A stretch of DNA of 64,000 bases from Octopus bimaculoides (Eukaryota), in contig NC_068987.1 of the NCBI RefSeq assembly GCF_001194135.2, forward strand, positions 7,722,533 to 7,786,532, read 5' to 3'. The notes beneath the pieces were generated by a model that ran no database searches, was not told where the DNA came from, and saw nothing but the letters and a program-made list of their open reading frames with translations. A program made the position numbers and the translations under genes. Shown here piece after piece: positions 22,032-34,320 of the stretch (its first letter is position 1; every line of letters begins with the position of its first letter).

Positions 22032-24438
22032 CCTGAATCTGAAAATGTGATTTCTGTGGTCTTCGGCGCTTTACAAGAATTCTGAAGCTGATAGCAACAT
22101 CATTTGTAGAGGCTGCTGCTGCTACTACTACTACTACTAGCAAATATTTTTGTTGTAAATCTCATTGTTAGCAGCGAGTGTACTTTCCGAAATGCACAGC
22201 TTACATCGCACCGCGGCTGCAACCACCAGCAGGAATCTTGTGACAGTTAAAAGCTTACGGACATTGTCCCCGGCTGCAACTGATGACCATTGACTCGTAA
22301 CCTATTCAAACTGAAGATTCCGGTTATTGAGTTAACCTTTTCAAGTCTAAATGGCCTTACCCAGAACCTTTAATGGGTCTACATAGTTATCTATTGTAGC
22401 CGTTTAACTGCAAAATCGTTTTAGACAATAACATGGCCTTTTCAAGTACATAGCTTCTATTGGTAGATGTTAAACTGGACATTGCTTAGGGAACCATGGT
22501 AGCTGTTAAAATCCTCTTGTCATTAGGTTTAAAGCCTTTGTCCGTTTTCTTTGATGCTTTGCTGCTAACAGATCTTAGAATGGCTGCTTGAATAGTTTGT
22601 AAGATCTGTAAAACTTTCACCTTACCTGTGAGGTAAACTTGTCAAGCTTACAAGAACCCACGCAGAAACATTGTTTCTGTGTGCATGTGTTTCTCCCTTG
22701 ACCCCTGCCACCCCTTCCTCCTTAAAAATCTGGTGTCCGGTGTGTTCTAATTAACCGATCCTGTTTGTGCCTACTGACAGAACTTATATCAATGATGACG
22801 ATGGTGATTATGACGATTTTTTTAACTTCAGTTATAAGGCCATGAGGAGTGTACCCAATTCAACTGACCATTCTCCACCGTGGAAGAATGACCAATTTAA
22901 AAAAACAAAAAACAAAAAAAGATAAAAATGATCCTTGGTGGAATGAGAACTCATAACTTAAAGGGATTTAATCATTGTGAAATTTGTCCAGCACTGTCCT
23001 GTTCCTGTCACCCACCCAACCGTTTGCGCTGATTCTACAACCACCACCTCCATCACTACTCTCACCTCTACCGTCTCTTTGGCACTACTACCATCACTAA
23101 CAATATGACTGCAAACATCCTTACTACTCTTCCTATTATTATTATTATTATTACTAATCGGTTCCACTACAACTATTTATTTGACTTTGCCGGTGGGACT
23201 TTAACTACGGCCTGTTCTCAAGCAGTTACGTACTATTGGTGAAATGATGCGTGTTGCCAGCAGATCTGGATTTTGGAAAAAAAAAAAAAAACTGGATTAA
23301 AATTAACAAATATATGAATAAAAAACAACTAACAATTAGTAAAAAATGCACAATGAAAGCTGCCACCATGATAAATAAAGGGAGATAATAAATTTATTCC
23401 ATATTTCGGCTTTGATGATTGATCAGTGCTTGTTAAAGATGAAAGATTGGTCAGAGTAATTATTTTTCTTTGTCTCTCTTTGTTTCGCATTTTGTGGGGA
23501 GTTTGGGGCTTTCATCTAATTTTTGCTTTATTTATATTTAAATGACAATGCTTCATGTACAAGGTCAATTTCTTTGTTTTTTTTTTTTGTTTTTTTTTTC
23601 TCTCGTTCAAAGTTTCAAAATTTTATTTTTGTTTTGTGTTTCCATATTCATCCTTATTATGCCCCTCTGCCTTCAAAGAAATAAAAAAAAAAAATCATTT
23701 CCCTTCTATTTTTGTATTTTTAAAAATTTTTATGTATATATATATATATATATATATNNNNNNNNNNNNNNNNNNNNNNNNNNNNNNNNNNNNNNNNNNN
23801 NNNNNNNNNNNNNNNNNNNNNNNNNNNNNNNNNNNNNNNNNNNNNNNNNNNNNNNNNNNNNNNNNNNNNNNNNNNNNNNNNNNNNNNNNNNNNNNNNNNN
23901 NNNNNNNNNNNNNNNNNNNNNNNNNNNNNNNNNNNNNNNNNNNNNNNNNNNNNNNNNNNNNNNNNNNNNNNNNNNNNNNNNNNNNNNNNNNNNNNNNNNN
24001 NNNNNNNNNNNNNNNNNNNNNNNNNNNNNNNNNNNNNNNNNNNNNNNNNNNNNNNNNNNNNNNNNNNNNNNNNNNNNNNNNNNNNNNNNNNNNNNNNNNN
24101 NNNNNNNNNNNNNNNNNNNNNNNNNNNNNNNNNNNNNNNNNNNNNNNNNNNNNNNNNNNNNNNNNNNNNNNNNNNNNNNNNNNNNNNNNNNNNNNNNNNN
24201 NNNNNNNNNNNNNNNNNNNNGTCGCTTGACAACTGATGCTGGTGTGTTTACGTCAAAGAGGAATTCTTTGGGGTTTGAATAATTCACCTTTGGAAACATG
24301 GGTGTTTTGCTCAACATCCTTAAACAAATCTTATTCAGGAACCTTTTGAGCAGGATGGTCCACTCGACCTGAAGAAAATTCCAACTGGGCCCCACATGCA
24401 AGGTCATGTGTTGTTTATCTTGATATGAGATCACCGTG

Positions 24439-24555
24439 TCATGCACATATGGTTGCAATGCATGTGCCTGGTGTCCCCTTATCAGACGGGGAGTCATGCA
24501 CATATGGTTGTGATGCATGTGCCTGGTGTCCCCTTATCAGACGGGGAGTCATGAC
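24439..24555. repeat. 55-bp tandem duplication inside an interspersed-repeat-like segment
   Basis: tcatgcacatatggttg..atgcatgtgcctggtgtccccttatcagacggggag occurs at 24439 and 24494. Confidence 0.85.
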
Positions 24556-25419
24556 GGGTGTATCAGGCTTCGTATATTTGTACCCCAGTGTCACTTTGAT
24601 GGCATGCACTGCTCTCTCACATAATAATAATAATAATAATAATGGTTTCAAATTTTTCCACAAGGGCAGTAATTTGGGGGGAAGGAGATGAGTTGAGTAC
24701 ATCAACCCCAGTGTGTAACTGGTATTTATTTCATCGACCCTGAAAGGATGAAAGGTAAAATCCACCTCGGAAGAATTTGAACTCAAATCGGAGCAACAGG
24801 TGAAATACTGTTAAGCATTTCATCCAGCACACTAACAATTCTGCCAGCTTTTAACAACAATAATAATAATAATAAAAATAATATAAAGCAGTTGACATAC
24901 CTGAGATGCCCTGCTCTAGCGCAACAGTTCTCAAACTGACAAATTCCCTTCACTTCCAAGAAAAACAAAAAAAAAAATGAAGCTATTTGCTTCTCTCAGA
25001 GTTTGCATCCATGTAAATCTTTCAGAACTATGGCCATAAAAAATGCCACTTCAAGCATATTGATTTGTCCTGTTTTCAATTCTCATAGCCTCTTCCCTTC
25101 TGAGAAACATTTCCCCAGGGTGTCTCATTCGTAGAGAATATAGTTTGAGACTTTTAGTGGTCTATGTGCACCCTGGTTTTGTAAAGTGCAAATAGCTGCA
25201 GTGTTTCTTGAAGGAGAATTTGAAAATATATATTTCACTAGTTTACCTGCATTTATTTACTGTGTTTCCTGATATACAAGCTGGAATGTTCAGACCAAGA
25301 TTTACAGCCAAAAAAAAGGTAAGTCAACTTATACATGAAGACAACTCTGGAAGATCAAAAATTCCATGTGAAACACAGCAGGATTTGGAAAGATAATGGT
25401 GATGCTTGAAGGTTCACAC

Positions 25420-25651
25420 TATACAAGGTCTGATCAATAAGTATCCGGACTGTTGCCATAGTAACGAAGCTAAAGTATGCAGAGTAAAGGTGCTTGGCAC
25501 AAATTGACTTTGGACTCTGCTGTGTATACACACTAAGTTTTAACGTTCTAGCTCACTTCCGTTGTTTACAGCAGTGCTTGGAAGGACAGTGTGTAGCATG
25601 TGATCATCGCATTGACCATAATAGAAAATTGAACAGAGAATCTGCATCAAA
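25420..25651 (+). mobile_element. Mariner-like 5' end fragment
   Basis: TIR-like TACAAGGTCTGATCAATAAGTATCCGGAC; ends in KIEQRICIK, typical of the start of a mariner transposase. Confidence 0.6.
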
Positions 25652-25711
25652 AGGGTTCATGTTGCTGTGAGCCTTTTATTTTATTCACTTATTTATTTGT
25701 TCCTATAAGGA

Positions 25712-26075
25712 CAAGCATGGCTGTGTGGTAAGAAGCTTGCTTCCCAACCACATGGTTCCAGGTTAAATCCCCTTCTGTGGCACTTTAGGCAAGTGTCTTC
25801 TGCTATAGCCTTGGGCCCAATGAAAGCCTTGTGAGTGGATTTGGCTGATGGAAACTGAAAGAAGCCTGTCATATATGCGTGTTTGTATGTGTGTATTTGT
25901 CTACAACCAATGTTGGTGTGTTTACACACCCGTAACTTAGCGGTTTGGCGAAAGAGACTGTGAAAATAAGTACTCAGCTTTAAAAAAATAAGTACTGGGG
26001 TTGATTCGTTTGACTAAAAATTCTTCAAGGCGATGCCCCAGCATGGCCACAGTCTAATGACTGAGACGAAAAAAG
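25712..26075 (+). mobile_element. SINE family A
   Basis: catggctgtgtggtaagaagcttgc...gaaactgaaagaagcc...gccccagcatggccacagtctaatgactga. Confidence 0.9.
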
Positions 26076-26104
26076 ATGTCGCAAACTGTCCAACCCATGC
26101 CAGC

Positions 26105-26450
26105 AGGGATGATGACGACAACGACAACAATGGTGACGATGATGATGACAATGACGATGGTAATGGTGATGATGTTGATGACGATGATGATGATGATGAT
26201 AATAATAATAATAATAATGATGATGACAATGATGATGGTGATGACGATGGTAATAGTGATGATGATGATGACGATGACGATGATAATGATGATGGTGATG
26301 ATGATGACAATGACGATGGTAATAGTGATGATGATGATGACGATGATAATAATAATGATGATGACGATGACGATGATAATGTCAACAATGATGATGATGA
26401 TGATGATGATAATAAAAATGATGATAATGATGATGATGATGATGATATTT
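26105..26450. repeat. (GAT/GAC/AAT)n trinucleotide array
   Basis: Visible array; produces the poly-D, poly-S and poly-M ORFs in the track. Confidence 0.95.
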
Positions 26451-26799
26451 AAGTGAATATTATTATTTTGGAGTCAGGTTTGGTAAAACTGACCATCTGG
26501 ATTAAAATTAACCTATGGTAGTAAGTCTCAGAGACAAAATCAGCTTATGGGAAGCCCAGCATCACATATGGGACCTAAGATGATTGTTTTTGGGGGTTTT
26601 TTGAGACATTTTTGGGGGTAAAAAGTGCCTTTTATGTGTCACGAAATATGGTCCCTTCAGAATGTTTCACACCCTCACACACAGGTTATATCAGTCTTGA
26701 AATACCTTGTAGTTTTTAGTCCCTGTTACGGCAAAACTACTTACCTGTAATCAAGAATTTAAAAACATTATTACTTTATTAATTATCATTTCCAACTTG

Positions 26800-27970
26800 A
26801 TTCGGCTATGATGTTTTAGATGCTGGAGTCTGTGGTAATCATCCTGAGAAATCCATCTTCTTGCATGCTATAAAAGACATAGATTATATTGGTAGATGAA
26901 GTTTGGTTAGCGCCAGTGTTTGGCACTGTTGTATCATGTGATTTAATAATAAATTGCGAAGCGTCAGCAACAGGCAGCCAAGCACTGAAAGTCAAATTGA
27001 AAATCCATCAAACAAATATAGTTTAAATCTGACTAAACAATCAGTGATGTCGCAAAAAGTGGGCAGGCTGTATATAAATTAGCGATTAGTGATGGAATCT
27101 GCCTCTGTAATGAATACTAATTAGCACATCCAACTTAATTGGTATGTGTTGTTTTGAATGTCATAGTCTGTGGCAATCATCCTGAGAAATCTCATAGAGA
27201 TGTTCGTTACTATAAAAAGCGTTATATAGGTCAATGAAATTTCATCAGCACTGTGGTATTGCACTGTTATATCATGTGATTTCATCAATCATCATCATCA
27301 TCATCGTTTAACGTCCGCCTTCCATGCTAGTATGGGTTGGACAATTTGACAGAGGACTGGTGAACCAGATGGCAACACCAGGCTTCTATCTGATTTGGCA
27401 GAGTTTCTACAGCTGGATGCCCTTCCTAACACCAACCATTCCAAGAGTGTAGTGGGTGCTTTTACGTGCCACTGGCACGGAAGCCAGTCAGTCAGTACTG
27501 GCGACGGCCACGCTCGAAATGGTGTATTTTACGTGCCACCTGCACAGGAGCCAGTCCAGGGGTACTGGCTACGATCTCACTCGAATGTCTTTTCACATGC
27601 CATTGGCACAAGTGCCAGGAAGGCGACATTGGTAACGATCACACTCAAATGGTGCTATTTACGTGCCACCAGCATGGAAGCCAGACAGCTGGTGCACTGA
27701 CAACGAATGATGCAAAACATCATCAACAGACAGTCAAGCACTGAATGTCAGATCAAAAATCCATCAAACTGATATAGCTTAACACTGATTAACATTTAGT
27801 GATGTCACAAAATGCTAGTGGGCTGTCTATAAATTAGCCATTAGTAACAGAAACAGCCTCTGTAATGAATATTAATTAGCACAACCAACTTAATTAGGAT
27901 GTATTGTTTTGAGCTCCATAGAATGCGGTAATCATCTTGAGATATCATCTCATGGATACTAGGTGCTATA
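26800..27970. repeat. Diverged ~338-bp tandem repeat (about 2.4 copies) interrupted by an RTE 3' end
   Basis: gtctgtggtaatcatcctgagaaat at 26828, gtctgtggcaatcatcctgagaaat at 27166, gaatgcggtaatcatcttgagatat at about 27921; gcctctgtaatgaata.taattagcaca at about 27101 and 27856. Confidence 0.85.
27295..27690 (-). mobile_element. RTE LINE 3' end with 3'UTR tandem units
   Basis: (CAT)n + gtttaacgtccgccttccatgc...; contains repeated ttttacgtgccacc units. Confidence 0.85.
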
Positions 27971-28019
27971 AAAGACACAGAGTACTAAGTTAATACTTTT
28001 AGTAGATTTTTAAGCCATA

Positions 28020-28170
28020 GGCGCAGGCATGGCAGTGTGGTAAGAAGCATGTTCAACCACATGGTTCCAGGTTCAGTGTCTCACTGTGGGACACCTTGGG
28101 TACGTGTCTTCCACTATAGCCTTGGGCTGACCAAAGCTTTGTGAGTGAATTTGGTAGATGGAAACTGAAA
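28020..28170 (+). mobile_element. SINE family A 5' half
   Basis: ggcatggcagtgtggtaagaagc...ggaaactgaaagaag. Confidence 0.8.
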
Positions 28171-29856
28171 GAAGTCCATTGTATTTAAGAATATATCTAA
28201 TTGTAAGATGGCATGCTGGCAGAAACGTTAGCATGCCAGGCGAAATGCTTAGCAGTATTTTGTCTGTCTTTATGTTCTGAGTTCAAATTCCGCCGAGGTC
28301 GCCTTTCATCATTTCAGGGTTAATAAATTAAGTACCAGTTGCATACTGGTGTCGATCTAATTGACTGGTCCCCTCTGCTAAAATTTCGGCCTCTGTGCCT
28401 ATAGCAGAAACGAATATATCTTGCGCCATGTGTCTGTTAAATGATGATGAGGAGAACGTTAAACGATGATGAGGATGATGATGATGATGAACTAACAAAA
28501 TAGAAAATAATAAAACTGATTGTGCTTATCATCACCACCACCACCATCATTGTTATCATCATCATCATCAGCATCAGCATCATCACAACCACCATCATCA
28601 TCATTGTTGTTATCATCATCATCATCATCATCATTATCATCATCATCACAACCATCATCATCATCATCATCATCATTCCCCGAGCATCACTGGACATCAC
28701 TGTCTTGGGTCCTAGGACTTTTAAATCTGCTTTCCTGGTTTCCGTGGCATTTAACTGACCAAGGCCACAGCACTGCCCCTGAATGGGATGCCAGTCTGTT
28801 GCAGGGTCGAACTCACTCACAGCTGGTGGGTGGGGGTTTGAAACAACATGGAATGAAGTGTCTTGCCCAAGAACACAGTGCAGTGCACCACCATCTGAGT
28901 TTCCACACAGTTTCCATCGACCAAATTCACTTGCGAGGCATTGGTTGGGCCTGGAAGACACTGGGCCTCTGCATCCTTGCCCCAAGGTGCCAGGCAGTGG
29001 GACTGAACTAGAAACCACACGGTTGCAAAAGGAGCCCCTTAACCACACAAACATGCTTGCAACTTCTCCTCCTCCTCTCCCCCCGCCTCCNNNNNNNNNN
29101 NNNNNNNNNNNNNNNNNNNNNNNNNNNNNNNNNNNNNNNNNNNNNNNNNNNNNNNNNNNNNNNNNNNNNNNNNNNNNNNNNNNNNNNNNNNNNNNNNNNN
29201 NNNNNNNNNNNNNNNNNNNNNNNNNNNNNNNNNNNNNNNNNNNNNNNNNNNNNNNNNNNNNNNNNNNNNNNNNNNNNNNNNNNNNNNNNNNNNNNNNNNN
29301 NNNNNNNNNNNNNNNNNNNNNNNNNNNNNNNNNNNNNNNNNNNNNNNNNNNNNNNNNNNNNNNNNNNNNNNNNNNNNNNNNNNNNNNNNNNNNNNNNNNN
29401 NNNNNNNNNNNNNNNNNNNNNNNNNNNNNNNNNNNNNNNNNNNNNNNNNNNNNNNNNNNNNNNNNNNNNNNNNNNNNNNNNNNNNNNNNNNNNNNNNNNN
29501 NNNNNNNNNNNNNNNNNNNNNNNNNNNNNNNNNNNNNNNNNNNNNNNNNNNNNNNNNNNNNNNNNNNNNNNNNNNNNNNNNNNNNNNNNNNNNNNNNNNN
29601 NNNNNNNNNNNNNNNNNNNNNNNNNNNNNNNNNNNNNNNNNNNNNNNNNNNNNNNNNNNNNNNNNNNNNNNNNNNNNNNNNNNNNNNNNNNNNNNNNNNN
29701 NNNNNNNNNNNNNNNNNNNNNNNNNNNNNNNNNNNNNNNNNNNNNNNNNNNNNNNNNNNNNNNNNNNNNNNNNNNNNNNNNNNNNNNNNNNNNNNNNNNN
29801 NNNNNNNNNNNNNNNNNNNNNNNNNNNNNNNNNNNNNNNNNNNNNNNNNNNNACTC

Positions 29857-29898
<42 letters not shown>

Positions 29899-30043
29899 AC
29901 ACTATAACCACCACCACCACCACCACTTTTAATGTTACTACTACTACTAACACCACCACCATCACCACCACCACTTTTAATGTTACTACTACTACTAACA
30001 CCACCACCACCACCACCACCACTTTTAATGTTTCTACTACTAT

Positions 30044-30078
<35 letters not shown>

Positions 30079-30679
30079 ACACCATGACTTTTAATGTTAC
30101 TACTACTACTATTAACACCACCACCACCACCACCACCACTTTTAATGTTACAACCACTACTACTACTAATACAACTGGTCAAGATCATCATCACCACCAC
30201 CACCACCACCACCACCACCATGACCACCATCTTCCCACACCAATAATACTAACCTCATTACTGTTTCCCTCCACAACCAGCTCCTGCTCATCATCCCTAT
30301 ACATGCCACCCCTACGCAATCCATGTCAGAACACTAAGCCGTTGGCACTACAAAGCAATATTCTAATTTGCCATAACAAACCACAAATCTCTCTGTTTAC
30401 ATGCATGCAGCCATCCAGACCTGATTCTGTTTGTGTCTATGTATCTGTCTGCCAGTCTGTTTGTCTGTCTGTCTGTTCATCTATCAACCAATATCCATTT
30501 TGTTTCTCCTTTCTTTTTCCCCGCTACCAATGTTTCATTATTTCATCCTTATATATTTGTAATTATATATACATATATATACCTACCTACATACATACAT
30601 ACACACACACACACATATATATATATAGATCCACAAAGCAAGCTTCTTACCACACAGCCACATATATATATATATATAT

Positions 30680-31070
30680 GTGGCTGTGTGGTAAGAAGCT
30701 TGCTTCCCAACCACATGGTTCTCTGGGTTCAGTCCTTCTGCATGGCACCATGGGCAAGTGTCTTCTACTAAAGCCAAGGGCTGACCAAAGCCTTGTGTGT
30801 GTATTTGGTAGATGGAAACTGAAAGAAGCCTGTCATATCTATATATATGTATATATCTATGTGTATATCTTTGTGTCTGTATTTGTCCCCCCCCCCCGTC
30901 AGCTGGTGTTGGTGTTTACATCCCTGTAACTTAGCAGTTCGGCAAAAAGATACAGATAGAATAAGTACTGGGCTTTAAAAGAATGAGTCCTGTGATCGAT
31001 TTGTTCGACTAAAACCCTTCAAGGTTGCTCCAGCATGGCGACAGTCATATTACTGAAACAAGTAAAAACA
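30680..31070 (+). mobile_element. SINE family A
   Basis: Head, centre and tail as in 3071-3500. Confidence 0.88.
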
Positions 31071-32465
31071 TATAAATATATGTATATATATACATATATA
31101 TATATTATAATACAAGGAATATATATACATGTATACACACATATATGTACATACTTACATCTACATGTGTATATATATGCATATCAGGGTACAGGACGTT
31201 AGAACAATAAACTACAGACAACGGAACGAACACATAGGAAAACGGAAAGCCACTTGGAATATCCCTTCATCAGCTGTCTCTATTCTATCTAGACGTTTCG
31301 AAGATAAGACAGAACGTACTCTAGAATAGTCTCTTCCTGAGTAGTGGATCAACCCACTACACAGAGGATTCCAAGGTGGCAAACACAAACCAAGACAGGA
31401 AAAATTGGACAGTGAAAACAACATTCAAAAGCCGTACGGCCAAACGCAAATCTGAGGTAGAACGCTAGTAGTTTGTCTTGCCTTCACAGCGGCTGGANNN
31501 NNNNNNNNNNNNNNNNNNNNNNNNNNNNNNNNNNNNNNNNNNNNNNNNNNNNNNNNNNNNNNNNNNNNNNNNNNNNNNNNNNNNNNNNNNNNNNNNNNNN
31601 NNNNNNNNNNNNNNNNNNNNNNNNNNNNNNNNNNNNNNNNNNNNNNNNNNNNNNNNNNNNNNNNNNNNNNNNNNNNNNNNNNNNNNNNNNNNNNNNNNNN
31701 NNNNNNNNNNNNNNNNNNNNNNNNNNNNNNNNNNNNNNNNNNNNNNNNNNNNNNNNNNNNNNNNNNNNNNNNNNNNNNNNNNNNNNNNNNNNNNNNNNNN
31801 NNNNNNNNNNNNNNNNNNNNNNNNNNNNNNNNNNNNNNNNNNNNNNNNNNNNNNNNNNNNNNNNNNNNNNNNNNNNNNNNNNNNNNNNNNNNNNNNNNNN
31901 NNNNNNNNNNNNNNNNNNNNNNNNNNNNNNNNNNNNNNNNNNNNNNNNNNNNNNNNNNNNNNNNNNNNNNNNNNNNNNNNNNNNNNNNNNNNNNNNNNNN
32001 NNNNNNNNNNNNNNNNNNNNNNNNNNNNNNNNNNNNNNNNNNNNNNNNNNNNNNNNNNNNNNNNNNNNNNNNNNNNNNNNNNNNNNNNNNNNNNNNNNNN
32101 NNNNNNNNNNNNNNNNNNNNNNNNNNNNNNNNNNNNNNNNNNNNNNNNNNNNNNNNNNNNNNNNNNNNNNNNNNNNNNNNNNNNNNNNNNNNNNNNNNNN
32201 NNNNNNNNNNNNNNNNNNNNNNNNNNNNNNNNNNNNNNNNNNNNNNNNNNNNNNNNNNNNNNNNNNNNNNNNNNNNNNNNNNNNNNNNNNNNNNNNNNNN
32301 NNNNNNNNNNNNNNNNNNNNNNNNNNNNNNNNNNNNNNNNNNNNNNNNNNNNNNNNNNGAAGTAGAGGCCAGGACAGAGGGGTAGATAGGAAGATAGAGG
32401 AAGACAGATAGATAAATAGATAAAAAGATAGATAGATAGACAGATAGATAGATAGATGCAGAGTT

Positions 32466-32690
32466 TGACCACCTCCTGTACCTCCACCTTAAAACCATCA
32501 TGGCATTTGATGTGGCTTTTTAAATCAGACAATGTTCTGAAAAGACACCCACATAGATTGCACCTCCGATTTGGACCACGAAGTACTGCAGATAAGTTCT
32601 GATCTTTGTGGATCTTAAAATGTCTTTTGAGGCCTCCATTAGATTTGCAAACCTTCTGGCATACATTGCGTTGAGAGGTGTGCACAGACA
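32466..32690 (-). mobile_element. Degenerate C2H2-like zinc-finger pair, probably a LINE (RTE-type) ORF2 C-terminus remnant
   Basis: RNVCQKVCKSNGGLKRHFKIH...CNLCGCLFRTLSDLKSHIKCH; the first Cys appears lost (CGC); no Kruppel TGEKP linker and no splice context. Confidence 0.55.
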
Positions 32691-32899
32691 TATAGATGGA
32701 TGGATGGATAGATAATTGTAAATGAATGCCATCATCATACAAGCAGCGTCCTTCATTTCCAATCTTCTGTGGAAACATCCAGTCATGGAAAAACATTACC
32801 TTACTTGGAAGTAGTGGAAGCTTCCATTCAAACCTGTGCAAGCATGAAAAAGTGGACATTAAAATGATGAATAAAGATGATTATATATCTTGTCTGTTA

Positions 32900-33752
32900 T
32901 TTAATCCTTTAGCATTCAAACTATTCTCTCAAATATAACACTTATTTATTTATTTACATTGTTTAGTCCTTCAGCATTTAAAATGGCCATATCCAGCCAA
33001 AATATTCTACCTTGTTTTATGCTCAACTGGCCAGATCTCGCCTCTTACACTTGCCCTGCAATATTCTTTTCTACTCTAGGCACAAAGCTTGAAAATTTTG
33101 GTGGGAGGGAGCCAGTCGATTAGATCAACTCCAGTACACAACTGGTACTTAAATTATGAACCCCGAAAGGAAGGATAAAAGACAAAGTCAACCTCAGTGG
33201 AATTTGAACTCAGAACGTAAAGACAGATGAAATACCGCTAAGCATTTCGCCCGGCATGCTAACATTTCTGCCAGCTCACCGCCTTACTTGGTCTACAATA
33301 TTATTCTAAAAATAAACTATCGTATCATTAAAATCTCGAAGCTACAAGGTAACGCATGACTAATTCAATCAATGTGAATAAATAAGCATTACATTCAACA
33401 GAGAAATCTGAATGAATGCTAAACGGTTAATGCTTAAACCGGCCATATTCAGCCTCTTACACTTTTCCTACAATATCATTCTAAAACTAAACAACCACAT
33501 CATTGAAATCTCAACACAAAAAGATAATGCATGAGGAATTCAAGACAATGGGAATAAATAAGCAATTACATTTGACAGAGTAACGTGAATACTAAAGGGT
33601 TAAAATTAATCACATTATTTTGTGGATTTCAGACTCTGATGAAATAATTGTTTGTTTTTAGAATGACATTGTAGGGTAGGTGCAAGAGGCTGGATCTTTC
33701 CAAGTAGAATGTTTTGGTTTGATATGGCTGGTTTAAATCCTAAAGAGTTAAG
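32900..33752. mobile_element. Nested piggyBac-type (TTAA) MITE cluster
   Basis: Several ends of type ttaa(c)cctttagcat / atgctaaagggttaa (about 32901, 33412-33430, 33588-33603, 33738-33752) and duplicated internal segments; a family B SINE is inserted at about 33110-33285. Confidence 0.7.
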
Positions 33753-33978
33753 ACACCTTTATTTGTCTTTCTGGTAAAAAAAAATGAATAAAGACATTAA
33801 CACCAAAAGAATAACGAATATAGCTTACTCTCAGCCATTGTTGCCAGTTTGTTTTTTTTGCTTCCATTATGCAAATAAGCCAAGACCATTATTGTTCACT
33901 ACTGTTCTTTTATTGGTCTCTGTTCAGGTATGTGTGTGTGAGTGTCTATATGTGTGTGTAAATGAGAGAGAGAGAGTT

Positions 33979-34016
<38 letters not shown>

Positions 34017-34285
34017 TGTGTGTTCATATGTGTGTGTGTGTGTATGTATGTGTATGTGTGTGAGAGAGAGTGTGTTTGTGTGTATGTATGTGTGTGAGTA
34101 TGTGTATGTATATGTGTGTGAGTGAGAGAGAGAGTGTGTGTTTGCATGTGTGTGTGTGTGATTGTATGTGTATGTATGTGTGTGTGAGTGAGAGAGAGAG
34201 AGAGAGAGTGTGTGTAAGTATTTGTGTATGCATGTGAGAGAGAGTGAATGCGTATGTATGTGTGCGTGTGTGTGAATGTGTGTTT

Positions 34286-34320
<35 letters not shown>

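Noticed and set aside
26033-26452. 139-aa Asp/Asn-rich ORF resembling an acidic biomineralisation protein
   Set aside because: It begins inside a SINE tail and is simply a (GAT/AAT)n array; other frames give poly-M and poly-S.
33895-33935. Plus-strand tctctgttcag|gtatgt AG|GT site
   Set aside because: The donor half comes from the start of a (TG)n microsatellite, and there is no other evidence for a plus-strand intron here.
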